From Bacillota bacterium (GTDB lineage Bacteria > Bacillota > Desulfitobacteriia > Desulfitobacteriales > JAJXUE01), in the NCBI GenBank assembly GCA_021811155.1, contig JAJZPO010000002.1:6042-70041 (forward strand): a stretch of DNA of 64,000 nucleotides, read 5' to 3'. A program made the position numbers and the translations under genes. Positions 7,897 to 17,102 of the stretch are shown here, in pieces. The notes beneath the pieces were generated by a model. That model was not told the DNA's origin, made no database searches, and worked only from the letters and a program-made list of their open reading frames with translations. Each line of letters starts with the position of its first letter. Within the stretch, counting starts at the first letter, position 1.

Positions 7897-7953
7897 AGCT
7901 ACTGATTTTTAAAGCCGGCGGCTTTGGGAGTTAGACTGTGAGGAGTGTCGTAT

Positions 7954-8181
7954 ATGTCAGCATTTGTGATAAACAAATTGTGCCGGGGCTGCCAGCGCTG
8001 CGTGCGGGCATGTCCCCAGGGGGCTATTTCCATGGAACTCAGCCTGGCACACGTTGATCCGGATAAATGTACCGAATGCGAGACTTGTATGGAAGTGTGC
8101 ATGCACGGCGCCATTACCATGGCTGAACCCGGAGCGGGTTCAGCCGGGTTAGAAAAAACTCAAATGACTAAGGAGGCCTGA
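7954..8181 (+). CDS. 2x[4Fe-4S] ferredoxin
   Basis: CRGCQRCVRACP and CTECETCMEVC cluster motifs. ATG 7954 lies 8 nt after GAGGAG; the ORF track starts at GTG 7945. Confidence 0.85.
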   Translation: MSAFVINKLCRGCQRCVRACPQGAISMELSLAHVDPDKCTECETCMEVCMHGAITMAEPGAGSAGLEKTQMTKEA

Positions 8182-8183
8182 AC

Positions 8184-8384
8184 ATGAGCGGGGTTGAAGA
8201 GGAGATCAAAAAACTTAAGGAAGAACTGGAAGAACTGATCGAAGAACGCCAATTTACTTTAGGTCAAACCGGTGTTCATATTTCCGCTAAAAAGGTCATC
8301 GCTTTGCGGGAACGCTATGACAGTGAGATTGCTGAGCTGGAACAGAAAATCCGCGAGTTGGGCGGCGTTGTTGAATCCAAGTGA
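8184..8384 (+). CDS. Small coiled-coil protein, function unknown
   Basis: 66 aa, E/K/L heptad-rich. AGGAGG RBS, and the start is 2 nt after the ferredoxin stop (translational coupling). Confidence 0.65.
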   Translation: MSGVEEEIKKLKEELEELIEERQFTLGQTGVHISAKKVIALRERYDSEIAELEQKIRELGGVVESK

Positions 8385-8427
8385 GTCAAAACAAATAGGC
8401 GCTACGGTCGAAAGACCTTTGTTTATA

Positions 8428-8460
8428 AGCCGGGAGGATAATACCCCCCGGTCTTTTTTC
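8428..8460 (+). terminator. Rho-independent terminator closing the 4.1-8.4 kb cluster
   Basis: aagccgggagg / ccccccggtc stem with one mismatch, followed by TTTTTT. Confidence 0.6.
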
Positions 8461-8541
8461 GTGTTTAAGCGAGCCGTTTTTGTGGCAAAATAGTGTCTGC
8501 TTGGCCCGAAACTTATGGGCTTGGCAATCTGAGCGGGGAGG

Positions 8542-9972
8542 GTGAACAGTTTGCTTAAGCAAAGGATGCGTTTCGGAGTCAAAAAAGTGGACGGGTTTGC
8601 CACGGATACTGCCGTCAAACCAGACCAGACCCAGAAAAGTCTGAGCACGGCGGGTCTGGTATGGATTGGGCTGGGGGGTATCATCGGAGCGGGTTTTTTT
8701 CTGGCCTCGGGTTTACCAATCAGTGAAGCTGGACCGGGAGTAATTTTCGCTTACCTGTTGGGTGGGTTACTCATGGCCCAAGTGGGAGGGGCTCTGACCT
8801 CTTTGTCCGTCAGCCATCCGGTAAGAGGATCTTTCCGGGTCTATGCGCAAGAACTCTTGGGACCGTACATGGGGTTTTACCTTGGCTGGGCATTTTGGGT
8901 CTCTTCCATTTTGGCTATCGGTTCCGAGACCACAGCCATGGCGATATTTATCAGGTTGTGGCTGCCAAATGTTCCAGTCTGGCTGCTGACCATCATATTT
9001 TCTGCCATTGTAATTGCGTTAAACGCCTTTGGTGTAAAAAACTTTGGCAAAATTGAGTCCTTGATGTCTGTGGTCAAGGTCTGCGCATTGGCGCTTTTCG
9101 TAGTCCTCGGTATTATGACTTTCGCTGGGTTTGTGCCTGCCACCCGCCCGGTAGGACTGGGAACCCTGCTGGGGAGCGGTGGATTTTTTCCCAAAGGAAT
9201 TGCCGGTTGGTCCGAGTCAATGCTGATTGTAATCTTCGCCTATGGCGGAATCTCGGTTGTTGCGCTGGCCACATCCGAAGTTGAAGATCCAAAGCGCAGT
9301 ATTCCCAGGGCTATGGTGTGGGTGGTTTTGTCCTTGGTCTTTCTCTACATCGCATCACTGGTGGTGGTTATGAGCCTGCTTCCCTGGACTGCCATTACAG
9401 TACAAGAGTCACCCTTTGTTGCTGCCTTGCAAGCGGTTAACCTGCCGGTTTTGCCCTCAATCATGAATGCCATCATTCTTGTGGCAGCATTCTCGGTGAT
9501 GGTGGGAGCCTTTTTCGCAGCGATGACCATGCTGGTCTCACTTGGCGAGGCTCGCGAGGCCCCTGGTTTTGTAACCCGGAAGGGCAGGAACGGAGTGTTT
9601 TACGGCAGTTTGATTGTCACCGGCCTGGGTGTTCTGGCAACCGTTACAGTGTCCTATTTCTTGCCGGCGAAGGTTTATGCCTACTTAACTTCAGCTTCGG
9701 CATATTTTTCCTTCCTGAACTGGGGGACGATTCTGGTGTCATTTTTGGTCTGGCGTAAAAAAAGCGCCGGCGAGGAACGCTATGAATCTCCGCTGGCTTT
9801 CGGGGCCCCTTGGGGGACATGGATCTCCTTAGGGGTGATTGGGGTGCTTTTTATCTATTCCCTGGGGGTACCAGACCAGCGGATGGGATTCTATGCAGCC
9901 TTGGCTTTGACATTGCTGATCAGCGCTGCCTACTCCTTCGTGGCTAAGAACCGCACTTTCAGACCCGATTGA
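8542..9972 (+). CDS. Amino acid permease (APC superfamily)
   Basis: 476 aa, about 12 TM segments. N-terminal GLGGIIGAGFFLASG signature. The start could be GTG 8542 or in-frame TTG 8551. Confidence 0.88.
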   Translation: MNSLLKQRMRFGVKKVDGFATDTAVKPDQTQKSLSTAGLVWIGLGGIIGAGFFLASGLPISEAGPGVIFAYLLGGLLMAQVGGALTSLSVSHPVRGSFRVYAQELLGPYMGFYLGWAFWVSSILAIGSETTAMAIFIRLWLPNVPVWLLTIIFSAIVIALNAFGVKNFGKIESLMSVVKVCALALFVVLGIMTFAGFVPATRPVGLGTLLGSGGFFPKGIAGWSESMLIVIFAYGGISVVALATSEVEDPKRSIPRAMVWVVLSLVFLYIASLVVVMSLLPWTAITVQESPFVAALQAVNLPVLPSIMNAIILVAAFSVMVGAFFAAMTMLVSLGEAREAPGFVTRKGRNGVFYGSLIVTGLGVLATVTVSYFLPAKVYAYLTSASAYFSFLNWGTILVSFLVWRKKSAGEERYESPLAFGAPWGTWISLGVIGVLFIYSLGVPDQRMGFYAALALTLLISAAYSFVAKNRTFRPD

Positions 9973-10299
9973 AGTCTATTTATGTCAGGGTAAGTAGCAA
10001 CAGGAAACAGGCGAAAAAAAGTCACCAAAGGGCAAAATGGTAAAATATTTTCAAATCCGTTAGCTGCATTATGTAAACTGTCAGCCGTTGGGGGGGCAAA
10101 TTTTGCCATTGGCAAAAATTATGTTAGAAGATTCACAATAGTCTGTAAAAATTAAGAAGAAAGGTGGTGATTGCTTTTTAATAATTTGCAGGGTCTGACC
10201 GGGCAATCTTTTAAGGCGGGCGCCTCCGAGGCGCCGGGACGGAACTGTTAGGAGACCGGTACTGCCTAAGGACCGGAACTGAAAAAGGGAGGGATTCTT

Positions 10300-10626
10300 T
10301 TGACAGAAGGAAAGAAAACAATCGCCTACAAAGATTTACCGCCACTCGACCCCGATACGGCTGTGACAATGAATGAAGAGGTCAACATCAGTATTGTTTT
10401 GACTATTATCTATTATGTTTTTCTGCTGGCGGTCACCATTCTCAATTGGACCGCCCCGGGTTTGATGAAAACCTTGTTGTGGGGCGGGATGTCCCTTACA
10501 TGGTTTGCAACCTCGCTTTTTGCCTTGTTTATGGCCTTTGCCATAGCCGCGCTCCATGTCTATTTTTACCACAAACGGTTTAACAGGCAGGTTTTGATGC
10601 AAAATTCGAAAGGACAGGGGGTGTAG
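10300..10626 (+). CDS. DUF485 (YjcH-like) small membrane protein partnered with an acetate-type symporter
   Basis: 108 aa, two TM helices, ends in a YFYHKRFN-type motif. Sits 4 nt upstream of an ActP-like symporter. TTG start after GGGAGGG. Confidence 0.7.
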   Translation: MTEGKKTIAYKDLPPLDPDTAVTMNEEVNISIVLTIIYYVFLLAVTILNWTAPGLMKTLLWGGMSLTWFATSLFALFMAFAIAALHVYFYHKRFNRQVLMQNSKGQGV

Positions 10627-10629
10627 AGC

Positions 10630-12195
10630 ATGGAACCTAAGTATTTATTTACCATTGTGCTGCTTGGCACCATTATTTTGATCACCTATGCCACCAAAAA
10701 GTACGCAACAAGCACCGTTCAGTTCTGGGTTGGGGGCCGCAGCTTCGGTTGGCTCTTAAACGGGTCGGCCATAGCAGGCGACTATCTGAGCGCCGCTACT
10801 TTTCTGGGTCTCGCCGGCCTGACCTTTTCTTTAGGCTATGATGGTCTCTTTTATACCTTCTGTTTCTCCGTCGGTTTAACCATATTGGCCCTGTTTATTG
10901 CAGGACCATTACGGAAATTCGGCCGTTTTACGGTACCCGACTTCTTGGCTGAGAGGTTCCACAGCCCGTCGGCCCGGCTGTTCGCAGTTGTCGTGGTGCT
11001 GGCTATCTCCGGGTTTTACGCAGCCCCGCAGTTACTGGGCGCCGCTCAAATTCTCCAATTGTTCTTTGGATCCTCGTATGAGTTTGGGGTAATCTTTGTC
11101 GTAGCTGTCATGATTATTTACGTTGGTATCGGCGGGATGAAGGGAACCACGATTAACCAGGCTCTGGAGGTCTGGATCCGTTTTACCGCCTTCCTTGTCC
11201 TGTTGGGTGCGGCTCTCTATCTGGGCTATCATTACGGCAAGATATTGGACTTGATTACCAAGTGGACAGGCGCCATTCCTGGCACGGCTGAATTAAACAA
11301 GGGCAAGGATCTGATTGCCAATGGAGCAAAATGGTCATATGTAGGCGGTGGGTTGTTCAAGAACCTGGCTGAGAGCCTCTCCATGGTGATAGGTCTCTCC
11401 CTTGGCACAATAGGTCTGCCTCATATCTTACTCCGGTTTTATACTAACCCTTCAGCCAAAGATGCCCGCTACTCAGCGCTGTTTGCAATTGGTATCGCCA
11501 GTGCGTTTTTTGCCATAGCGCTTTACCTGGGAACCGTAGGGCGTTACCTGTTTTTAACCGGGGCCAAAGCCGGAACTCTTACCCCTGATCTAATGAAGGC
11601 TTTTGTTACCGGCGGCCAGAATATGGTGGTGCCGACCGTAGCTCAGATTATTGGAGGCAAGTGGCTGCTGGGGTTTGTGATTGCCGGGGCCTTTGCCGCA
11701 GTTTTCTCTAACCTGTCCGGCCTCTTCATTGCCAGTTCCGGCGCTCTTGGGCATGATGTATATTCTCACTTTATCAATAAAGATGCCAGCGAGAGGCAAA
11801 GAGTCATGGCCGGTAAAATCTCCGTAGTTATCGTCGGCGTGTTCTATGGGATATTAGGCTTGCTGGTTAAGACAGCAGCCATTGGCCAATTGGTAGGGTT
11901 GGCTTTCAACGTGGCAGCCAGTACGTTTGCCCCTGTCTTCCTGTTGGGAATTTGGTGGAGAGGAATGACTGAGAAAGGCGCAATTTGGGGAATGGTTGTC
12001 GGTTTGGCATCCTCAATGTATATGATTTTCTTTGTCAAGACTCTCCCGGTCTGGATGCAGTGGCGTATTCCAGGGCTAATCACTGTTCCGTTGGCCTTCC
12101 TGACTGTGTATGTGGTCTCTAAGCTGGATGGGCAGGTTCCGGCAGATGTCAACGACTTTATGCATCAAATCCACCAACCTGATTTAAGATTATAG
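10630..12195 (+). CDS. Sodium:solute symporter family, cation/acetate symporter (ActP)-like
   Basis: 521 aa. GDYLSAATFLGLAGLTFSLGYDGLFY...RKFGRFTVPDFLAERF resembles ActP. 13-14 TM segments. Confidence 0.85.
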   Translation: MEPKYLFTIVLLGTIILITYATKKYATSTVQFWVGGRSFGWLLNGSAIAGDYLSAATFLGLAGLTFSLGYDGLFYTFCFSVGLTILALFIAGPLRKFGRFTVPDFLAERFHSPSARLFAVVVVLAISGFYAAPQLLGAAQILQLFFGSSYEFGVIFVVAVMIIYVGIGGMKGTTINQALEVWIRFTAFLVLLGAALYLGYHYGKILDLITKWTGAIPGTAELNKGKDLIANGAKWSYVGGGLFKNLAESLSMVIGLSLGTIGLPHILLRFYTNPSAKDARYSALFAIGIASAFFAIALYLGTVGRYLFLTGAKAGTLTPDLMKAFVTGGQNMVVPTVAQIIGGKWLLGFVIAGAFAAVFSNLSGLFIASSGALGHDVYSHFINKDASERQRVMAGKISVVIVGVFYGILGLLVKTAAIGQLVGLAFNVAASTFAPVFLLGIWWRGMTEKGAIWGMVVGLASSMYMIFFVKTLPVWMQWRIPGLITVPLAFLTVYVVSKLDGQVPADVNDFMHQIHQPDLRL

Positions 12196-12211
12196 CTGCA
12201 AGGCCGAAAAG

Positions 12212-12242
12212 CCTCCGCTCTGAAACAGGGCGGGGGTTTTTT
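12212..12242 (+). terminator. Rho-independent terminator
   Basis: cctccgctc / gggcggggg stem (9 bp including G-U pairs), followed by TTTTTT. Confidence 0.7.
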
Positions 12243-12356
12243 CGCGCCTAATAGCATTGCCATTAAAGTGATTTCGTTCGGGCTGCCTCGTGTGGTCACT
12301 TTTCCTGCCGGACTGCGTATAATTGTTATATAACTTGGGGGAGGTGTCCACTTGAT

Positions 12357-13325
12357 TTGGAAATAAAGGTTAGATTTAACCGAACCAAGCTTGAAGACGC
12401 CCTTCCCGTTGTCAGCATGGTTGCACCGAAAGAGCCTGTCCCAAGCCGGGGTTTCTCAGTGTTCAGACCCAGCGGTGAAAAGGCAGATCTGCCTTTTGAT
12501 ATGGAGCAAAAAGAAAAGGTTCTGGAAATTCTGCAGGAACTGGATTCCTTGATTGGATTGGGCACAGTGAAGAAATTAATTCGGGAAATCCGGGCTTTTG
12601 TGGAAATACAAAAACGGCGCAGCAAGGAAAAGCTGGTGGCGGAACCTTTGGTTTTACATATGATTTTTCGCGGCAACCCCGGGACGGGAAAGACCACGGT
12701 AGCCCGAATCGTCGGCAGGCTTTTTAAAGAAATCGGTGTACTGCAGAAGGGCCATGTAATTGAAGTTGAAAGGGCAGACCTGGTGGGGGAGTATATCGGG
12801 CACACAGCACAAAAGACCAGGGAACAGACTAAAAAAGCTTTGGGAGGGGTCCTGTTTATTGATGAGGCATATTCCCTGGCCCGGGGAGGGGAAAAAGATT
12901 TTGGCAAAGAAGCTATTGACGTACTGGTAAAGGCCATGGAAGATCAGAAAGACAATCTGATTTTAATCCTAGCCGGGTACAGGGATGAAATGGACTGGTT
13001 TTTGCAGACGAATCCGGGATTGAGGTCCCGCTTTCCTATTCATATCGACTTTCCGGACTACTCGGTGGAAGAACTACTGGAAATTGCCGATTGTATGCTC
13101 GCCAAGCGCCAGTACAAGCTGACTGTGGACGCCAGGCTAGAACTGCGCCGCACCTTGGCAGACCAGTTAATCAACGGTCACAAGCACAGCGGCAATGCCC
13201 GTCTGGTGCGCAACCTGATTGAGAAGGCCATCCGCCGCCAGGCAGTGCGCCTGTTTAAGAAGCTTGAAGTGTCAAGGGAGGATTTACTTACTATTGTTCC
13301 TGCTGATTTGCGTGAGACTGATTAA
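12357..13325 (+). CDS. spoVK: AAA+ ATPase, stage V sporulation protein K-like (CbxX/SpoVK family)
   Basis: Walker A GNPGTGKTTVAR, Walker B VLFIDEAYSL. Synteny spoVK-hflX-ynbB as in Bacillus subtilis. TTG start after GGGGAGGTG. Confidence 0.85.
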   Translation: MEIKVRFNRTKLEDALPVVSMVAPKEPVPSRGFSVFRPSGEKADLPFDMEQKEKVLEILQELDSLIGLGTVKKLIREIRAFVEIQKRRSKEKLVAEPLVLHMIFRGNPGTGKTTVARIVGRLFKEIGVLQKGHVIEVERADLVGEYIGHTAQKTREQTKKALGGVLFIDEAYSLARGGEKDFGKEAIDVLVKAMEDQKDNLILILAGYRDEMDWFLQTNPGLRSRFPIHIDFPDYSVEELLEIADCMLAKRQYKLTVDARLELRRTLADQLINGHKHSGNARLVRNLIEKAIRRQAVRLFKKLEVSREDLLTIVPADLRETD

Positions 13326-13456
13326 GGGTATACTATGTTGGTTGCCGGGGGTAAGCTATAAATAATACTTCCTGGCGTGACCTGTTGGGTTTACCGTGCT
13401 GTCAGTAGAAGCGTTCTTTAACCCAGTATCCGCCGGGTTTCGACAAGGTGTGAACA

Positions 13457-13786
13457 ATGTATTATACCGTCCGGCACGCGGGTCCCAGGACCCGGAAACA
13501 GCAAATCAGGCACTACCTGTCAATTGCCGCATTTATCGGCAAAGGACTGGCGTATCTGGGCTTTGGCTTTTTTGTGACTGTGGCGGCGCTGACAGCCAAT
13601 TACGGGGCTCTAACATTATTGGGGCTGTTGGCCGTCCTTGCCGGGGTTTGCTTTAACCTGTTCAATCTGCAAAGTTGGCTGCCTGGGTGGCGTAACGGTT
13701 CCTGGCTGGCCCGTGTCGTGGCGCTCACTATGTATATTTTTGCTGCTCTCATGCTGCTGTTGATTATTAATCCGAAACCCTTCTAG
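13457..13786 (+). CDS. Hypothetical membrane protein
   Basis: 109 aa, 3 hydrophobic helices, AAGGTG RBS. No recognisable family. Confidence 0.55.
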   Translation: MYYTVRHAGPRTRKQQIRHYLSIAAFIGKGLAYLGFGFFVTVAALTANYGALTLLGLLAVLAGVCFNLFNLQSWLPGWRNGSWLARVVALTMYIFAALMLLLIINPKPF

Positions 13787-13872
13787 CCAAGGTGTAGCAT
13801 TATTGATATAATAAAAATGTCCACTCCAGCCGCCAGGTTGGAGTATTTTGCTGGAATTAGGGAGGACCTGAC

Positions 13873-15699
13873 TTGAAACCCTCGGTTCAGGGCAATTTGG
13901 TCGGCATCAAGCATACCATTCTGGCAGCGTTGGAAGGGCTTTACCTGCTTGAGGCAGGTAAAGAAATCCTGGCCTCGCCTCAGTTGGTTGCCCAGATGGC
14001 GATTTTGTCGCACCAGATGAAGCGGGAGATAGCTGTCTACCTCAACCGTCGCGGTCGTGTCGCAGCGGTGGCTGTGGGGGATTACGGGACGGTAAGCCTG
14101 CCGGAAATAAGGGGAAGGAAGGATTCCAGCCGCCTTAGCGGCATACGCTGCATTCACACCCATCCGGCAGGGGGACCAGAGCTTAGTCCGCTTGATTTAA
14201 CTTCACTGGCCAACCTGAAACTGGATTGTATGGCGGCTGTGGAAATAACCGGCGGCGAGGCCAGCAGGGTCCAGGCCGCTTACCTTCAACCCCAAGGGGG
14301 AAAGCTGGGACAGGAGGCCATGGTTGTGGAGCTTTTGGCTTCGGAACTTGAGGAGCATCCCTTTGCCGGTATTGTGGCTCTGATTGAGAAAGAGATTTCG
14401 CCGGAGCTGAACACCACCGGCTTGGCTGTGGACAAAGTCATTCTGGCAGCAATCGAACGGCCTGGGGATGTTTGGACGGCGGAGGATTCCTTGGAGGAAC
14501 TGGCGGAATTGGCACGAAGTGCGGGCGCTGAGGTGCTGGGGCAAATTAGCCAAAAGCGGCTGCGGCCGGAACCGTCCACATTCATCGGGCAGGGCAAAGC
14601 CAGGGAGTTGGGGATGGTGGTACAGGAGACGGGCGCTAATTGTCTGATATTTGACGAAGAACTGTCCGCCGCCCAAATTCGCAACCTGGAAGCCGCGGCT
14701 GGTTGTAAAATCCTTGACCGTACCAGCTTGATTTTGGACATTTTTGCTTCCCGCGCACAGAGCAGGGAGGGTAAGCTGCAAGTTGAGTTGGCTCAGCTCA
14801 AGCACCTGCTGCCGCGGCTAACCGGTCTGGGCGCTGTGCTGTCCCGCCTTGGCGGCGGTATTGGCACCAGAGGACCGGGTGAGACGAAACTGGAAACCGA
14901 CCGCCGCCACATCCGCCGGCGGATTTCTGAACTGGAACGGGAATTGGACGGAGTCAAAAAACAAAGGACACTGCAGCGAACCAGACGCCAGGCTGCCAGT
15001 GTTCCTGTAGTGTCTTTGGTGGGATATACTAATGCGGGCAAGAGCAGCTTGCTCAATGCTTTAACCAATTCGCAGGTATTAGCGGAAGATAAACTGTTCG
15101 CTACTTTGGACCCGGTGACCCGCCGTCTCAGCCTGCCAGGCAACCAGGAGATTCTTTTGACGGATACCGTAGGCTTTGTGCGCAAATTGCCGCACACTTT
15201 GGTGGCTGCTTTCCGGGCAACTTTGGAAGAGGTGCTGCAGGCGGAGCTGTTGGTTCACGTTGTGGATGCTGCGCATCCTGGTTTGACTGAACAAATCAAG
15301 GCTGTTGCAGAGGTTCTCAGCGAATTAGGGGCTGGAAATAAGCCGGTGGTCATGGCTTTTAACAAGTTGGACAAACTTGACAAGCCTGCGGCAGCGGAAA
15401 TAGAGAGGATTCTACGGGGCTATCCATTCGCGGCGGCGGTCTCGGCTCAGACAGGGGAAGGGCTGGACCGGCTGATGGATGTAATTGCTCAACTGCTGCC
15501 GGCGCAAAGAGAAGTCTCAGCCTTGATTCCTTTTGAACGTGGTGATCTTTTGGCGGCGGTGCACAGGGACGGACAGGTCAAGGAATTGGAATATGATACG
15601 GGAGGGACCAGGGTGAGAGCGCTGGTGGGGCCCCGTTTGGCAGGATTATTAAAACCCTTTTCTGTTAATCTGAGGGAGGACACCGGTTATGAGATATGA
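13873..15699 (+). CDS. hflX: GTPase HflX with an N-terminal RadC/JAB-like extension
   Basis: 608 aa. HflX N-domain (FIGQGKARELG..., LDIFASRAQSREGKLQVELAQL) and G-domain (GYTNAGKSSLLNAL, DTVGF, NKLD). The first roughly 185 aa are extra and carry HTHPAGGPELSPLD. Confidence 0.92.
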   Translation: MKPSVQGNLVGIKHTILAALEGLYLLEAGKEILASPQLVAQMAILSHQMKREIAVYLNRRGRVAAVAVGDYGTVSLPEIRGRKDSSRLSGIRCIHTHPAGGPELSPLDLTSLANLKLDCMAAVEITGGEASRVQAAYLQPQGGKLGQEAMVVELLASELEEHPFAGIVALIEKEISPELNTTGLAVDKVILAAIERPGDVWTAEDSLEELAELARSAGAEVLGQISQKRLRPEPSTFIGQGKARELGMVVQETGANCLIFDEELSAAQIRNLEAAAGCKILDRTSLILDIFASRAQSREGKLQVELAQLKHLLPRLTGLGAVLSRLGGGIGTRGPGETKLETDRRHIRRRISELERELDGVKKQRTLQRTRRQAASVPVVSLVGYTNAGKSSLLNALTNSQVLAEDKLFATLDPVTRRLSLPGNQEILLTDTVGFVRKLPHTLVAAFRATLEEVLQAELLVHVVDAAHPGLTEQIKAVAEVLSELGAGNKPVVMAFNKLDKLDKPAAAEIERILRGYPFAAAVSAQTGEGLDRLMDVIAQLLPAQREVSALIPFERGDLLAAVHRDGQVKELEYDTGGTRVRALVGPRLAGLLKPFSVNLREDTGYEI

Positions 15700-16951
15700 C
15701 ATTAGTCCGGTGATTCTTGCCGCTGCCCGGAGGGCTGACGAAAAAATAGAGCCTGTTCTGAAGGAATTGGCGGCAACATCGACGGCTAACCACCTTAAGG
15801 TTCTGCGTGCTTTTCAGGCTGAACAGGTGAGCGAGCATCACTTTTGCGGTACTACAGGCTATGGTCTTGGAGATTATGGAAGAGACTGTCTGGACCGGGT
15901 GTTTGCCAGGGTTTTTAATTGTGAGGCCGCTCTGGTAAGGAGCCAGATAGTCTCCGGCACCCATGCCATTGCCCTATGCCTCTATGGCGTGCTGCGCCCG
16001 GGTGATGAACTTGTATCGGCCATTGGCGCGCCTTATGATACCTTGGAAGAACTAATCGGGATCAGAGGCGAGGCTCCTGGCTCCCTGCGTCAAATGGGAA
16101 TTGGGTACCGCCAGGTTGACCTGACCCCGGACGGAGAACCGGACTATAGGGCGATTGAAGCTGCAATCGGCCCTAAAACCAGGATGGTTTCCATTCAACG
16201 CTCAAGAGGCTATGCCTGGCGCCCTTCTTTGGACATCTCCACCCTAGGCAAGATAATCAGTACGGTAAAAAGAATTAAGCCTGAGGCAATCTGTTTTGTT
16301 GACAATTGTTACGGGGAACTTGTGGAGAGAGAGGAACCAACAGATGTAGGCGCTGACCTGGTTGCGGGTTCGCTGATTAAGAACCTTGGCGGCGGCATAG
16401 CTCCCATGGGAGGCTATGTCGCGGGCAAAGCTGAATTGGTGAGACTGGCGGCAGGACGCCTCACTGCGCCGGGAATTGGCGGGGAGGTCGGGGCGACCCT
16501 TGGATTAAACCGGTTATTGTTCCAAGGCCTGTATCTAAGTCCGGTGATAGTTCGGGAGGCTTTGCAGGGAGCAGTTTTTGCTGCCGCTCTGTTTGAGGAA
16601 CTGGGATTCGAGGTGAGTCCGGATTACGCGGCTAAGCGAACAGATTTAATTCAGGCTATTAAGCTCAATTCTGCTGCAGGGATGATCGCATTTTGCCAGG
16701 GCCTGCAGCAAGGTTCGGCTATCGATTCCCATGTGGCGCCCGAACCTTCGGGTATGCCCGGGTATGGCGACGAGGTAATCATGGCGGGGGGAACATTCAT
16801 CCAGGGCGCCACCAGTGAACTTTCGGCTGATGGCCCCTTGCGGGAGCCTTTTGCCGTCTACCTGCAGGGGGGATTATCTTTCCACTACGTGCGGATAGGA
16901 GTTCTTTTGGCGGCGCAGAAGATGTTTGAACAGGGATTCATAGCGTTATAA
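15689..16951 (+). CDS. YnbB-like PLP enzyme (aluminium-resistance / Met gamma-lyase family)
   Basis: 420 aa. HFCGTTGYGLGDYGRD..., GTHAI. Overlaps the hflX end by 11 nt, as in the Bacillus hflX-ynbB arrangement. Confidence 0.85.
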   Translation: MRYDISPVILAAARRADEKIEPVLKELAATSTANHLKVLRAFQAEQVSEHHFCGTTGYGLGDYGRDCLDRVFARVFNCEAALVRSQIVSGTHAIALCLYGVLRPGDELVSAIGAPYDTLEELIGIRGEAPGSLRQMGIGYRQVDLTPDGEPDYRAIEAAIGPKTRMVSIQRSRGYAWRPSLDISTLGKIISTVKRIKPEAICFVDNCYGELVEREEPTDVGADLVAGSLIKNLGGGIAPMGGYVAGKAELVRLAAGRLTAPGIGGEVGATLGLNRLLFQGLYLSPVIVREALQGAVFAAALFEELGFEVSPDYAAKRTDLIQAIKLNSAAGMIAFCQGLQQGSAIDSHVAPEPSGMPGYGDEVIMAGGTFIQGATSELSADGPLREPFAVYLQGGLSFHYVRIGVLLAAQKMFEQGFIAL

Positions 16952-17102
16952 GCCCGGTCTGGCCCTGTTTGTGCCGATATCTGCAGCTTTTGGGTTTAAG
17001 TGTTGTTAACCACTTTACCTTGACCCCAATCTGGTTTATGCTAAGTATGGGTTCGCTCATGGCAGGGTATATCCGGCTATTCATAAGGAGGAAACAAGTA
17101 CC

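Noticed and set aside
8385-8541. Possible riboswitch or T-box leader upstream of the amino acid permease.
   Set aside because: Only about 80 nt remain between the upstream terminator and the start codon, which is too short for lysine, T-box or glycine elements, and no conserved core was seen.
12326-12937. 203-aa minus-strand ORF opposite spoVK. Similar long antisense ORFs are 14203..14805, 19423..19866, 39487..40065, 41416..42036, 53781..54719, 54883..55680, 56704..57453 and 61542..62168.
   Set aside because: Each lies wholly within a strongly supported gene on the other strand, and none has motifs or an RBS. They are typical shadow ORFs.
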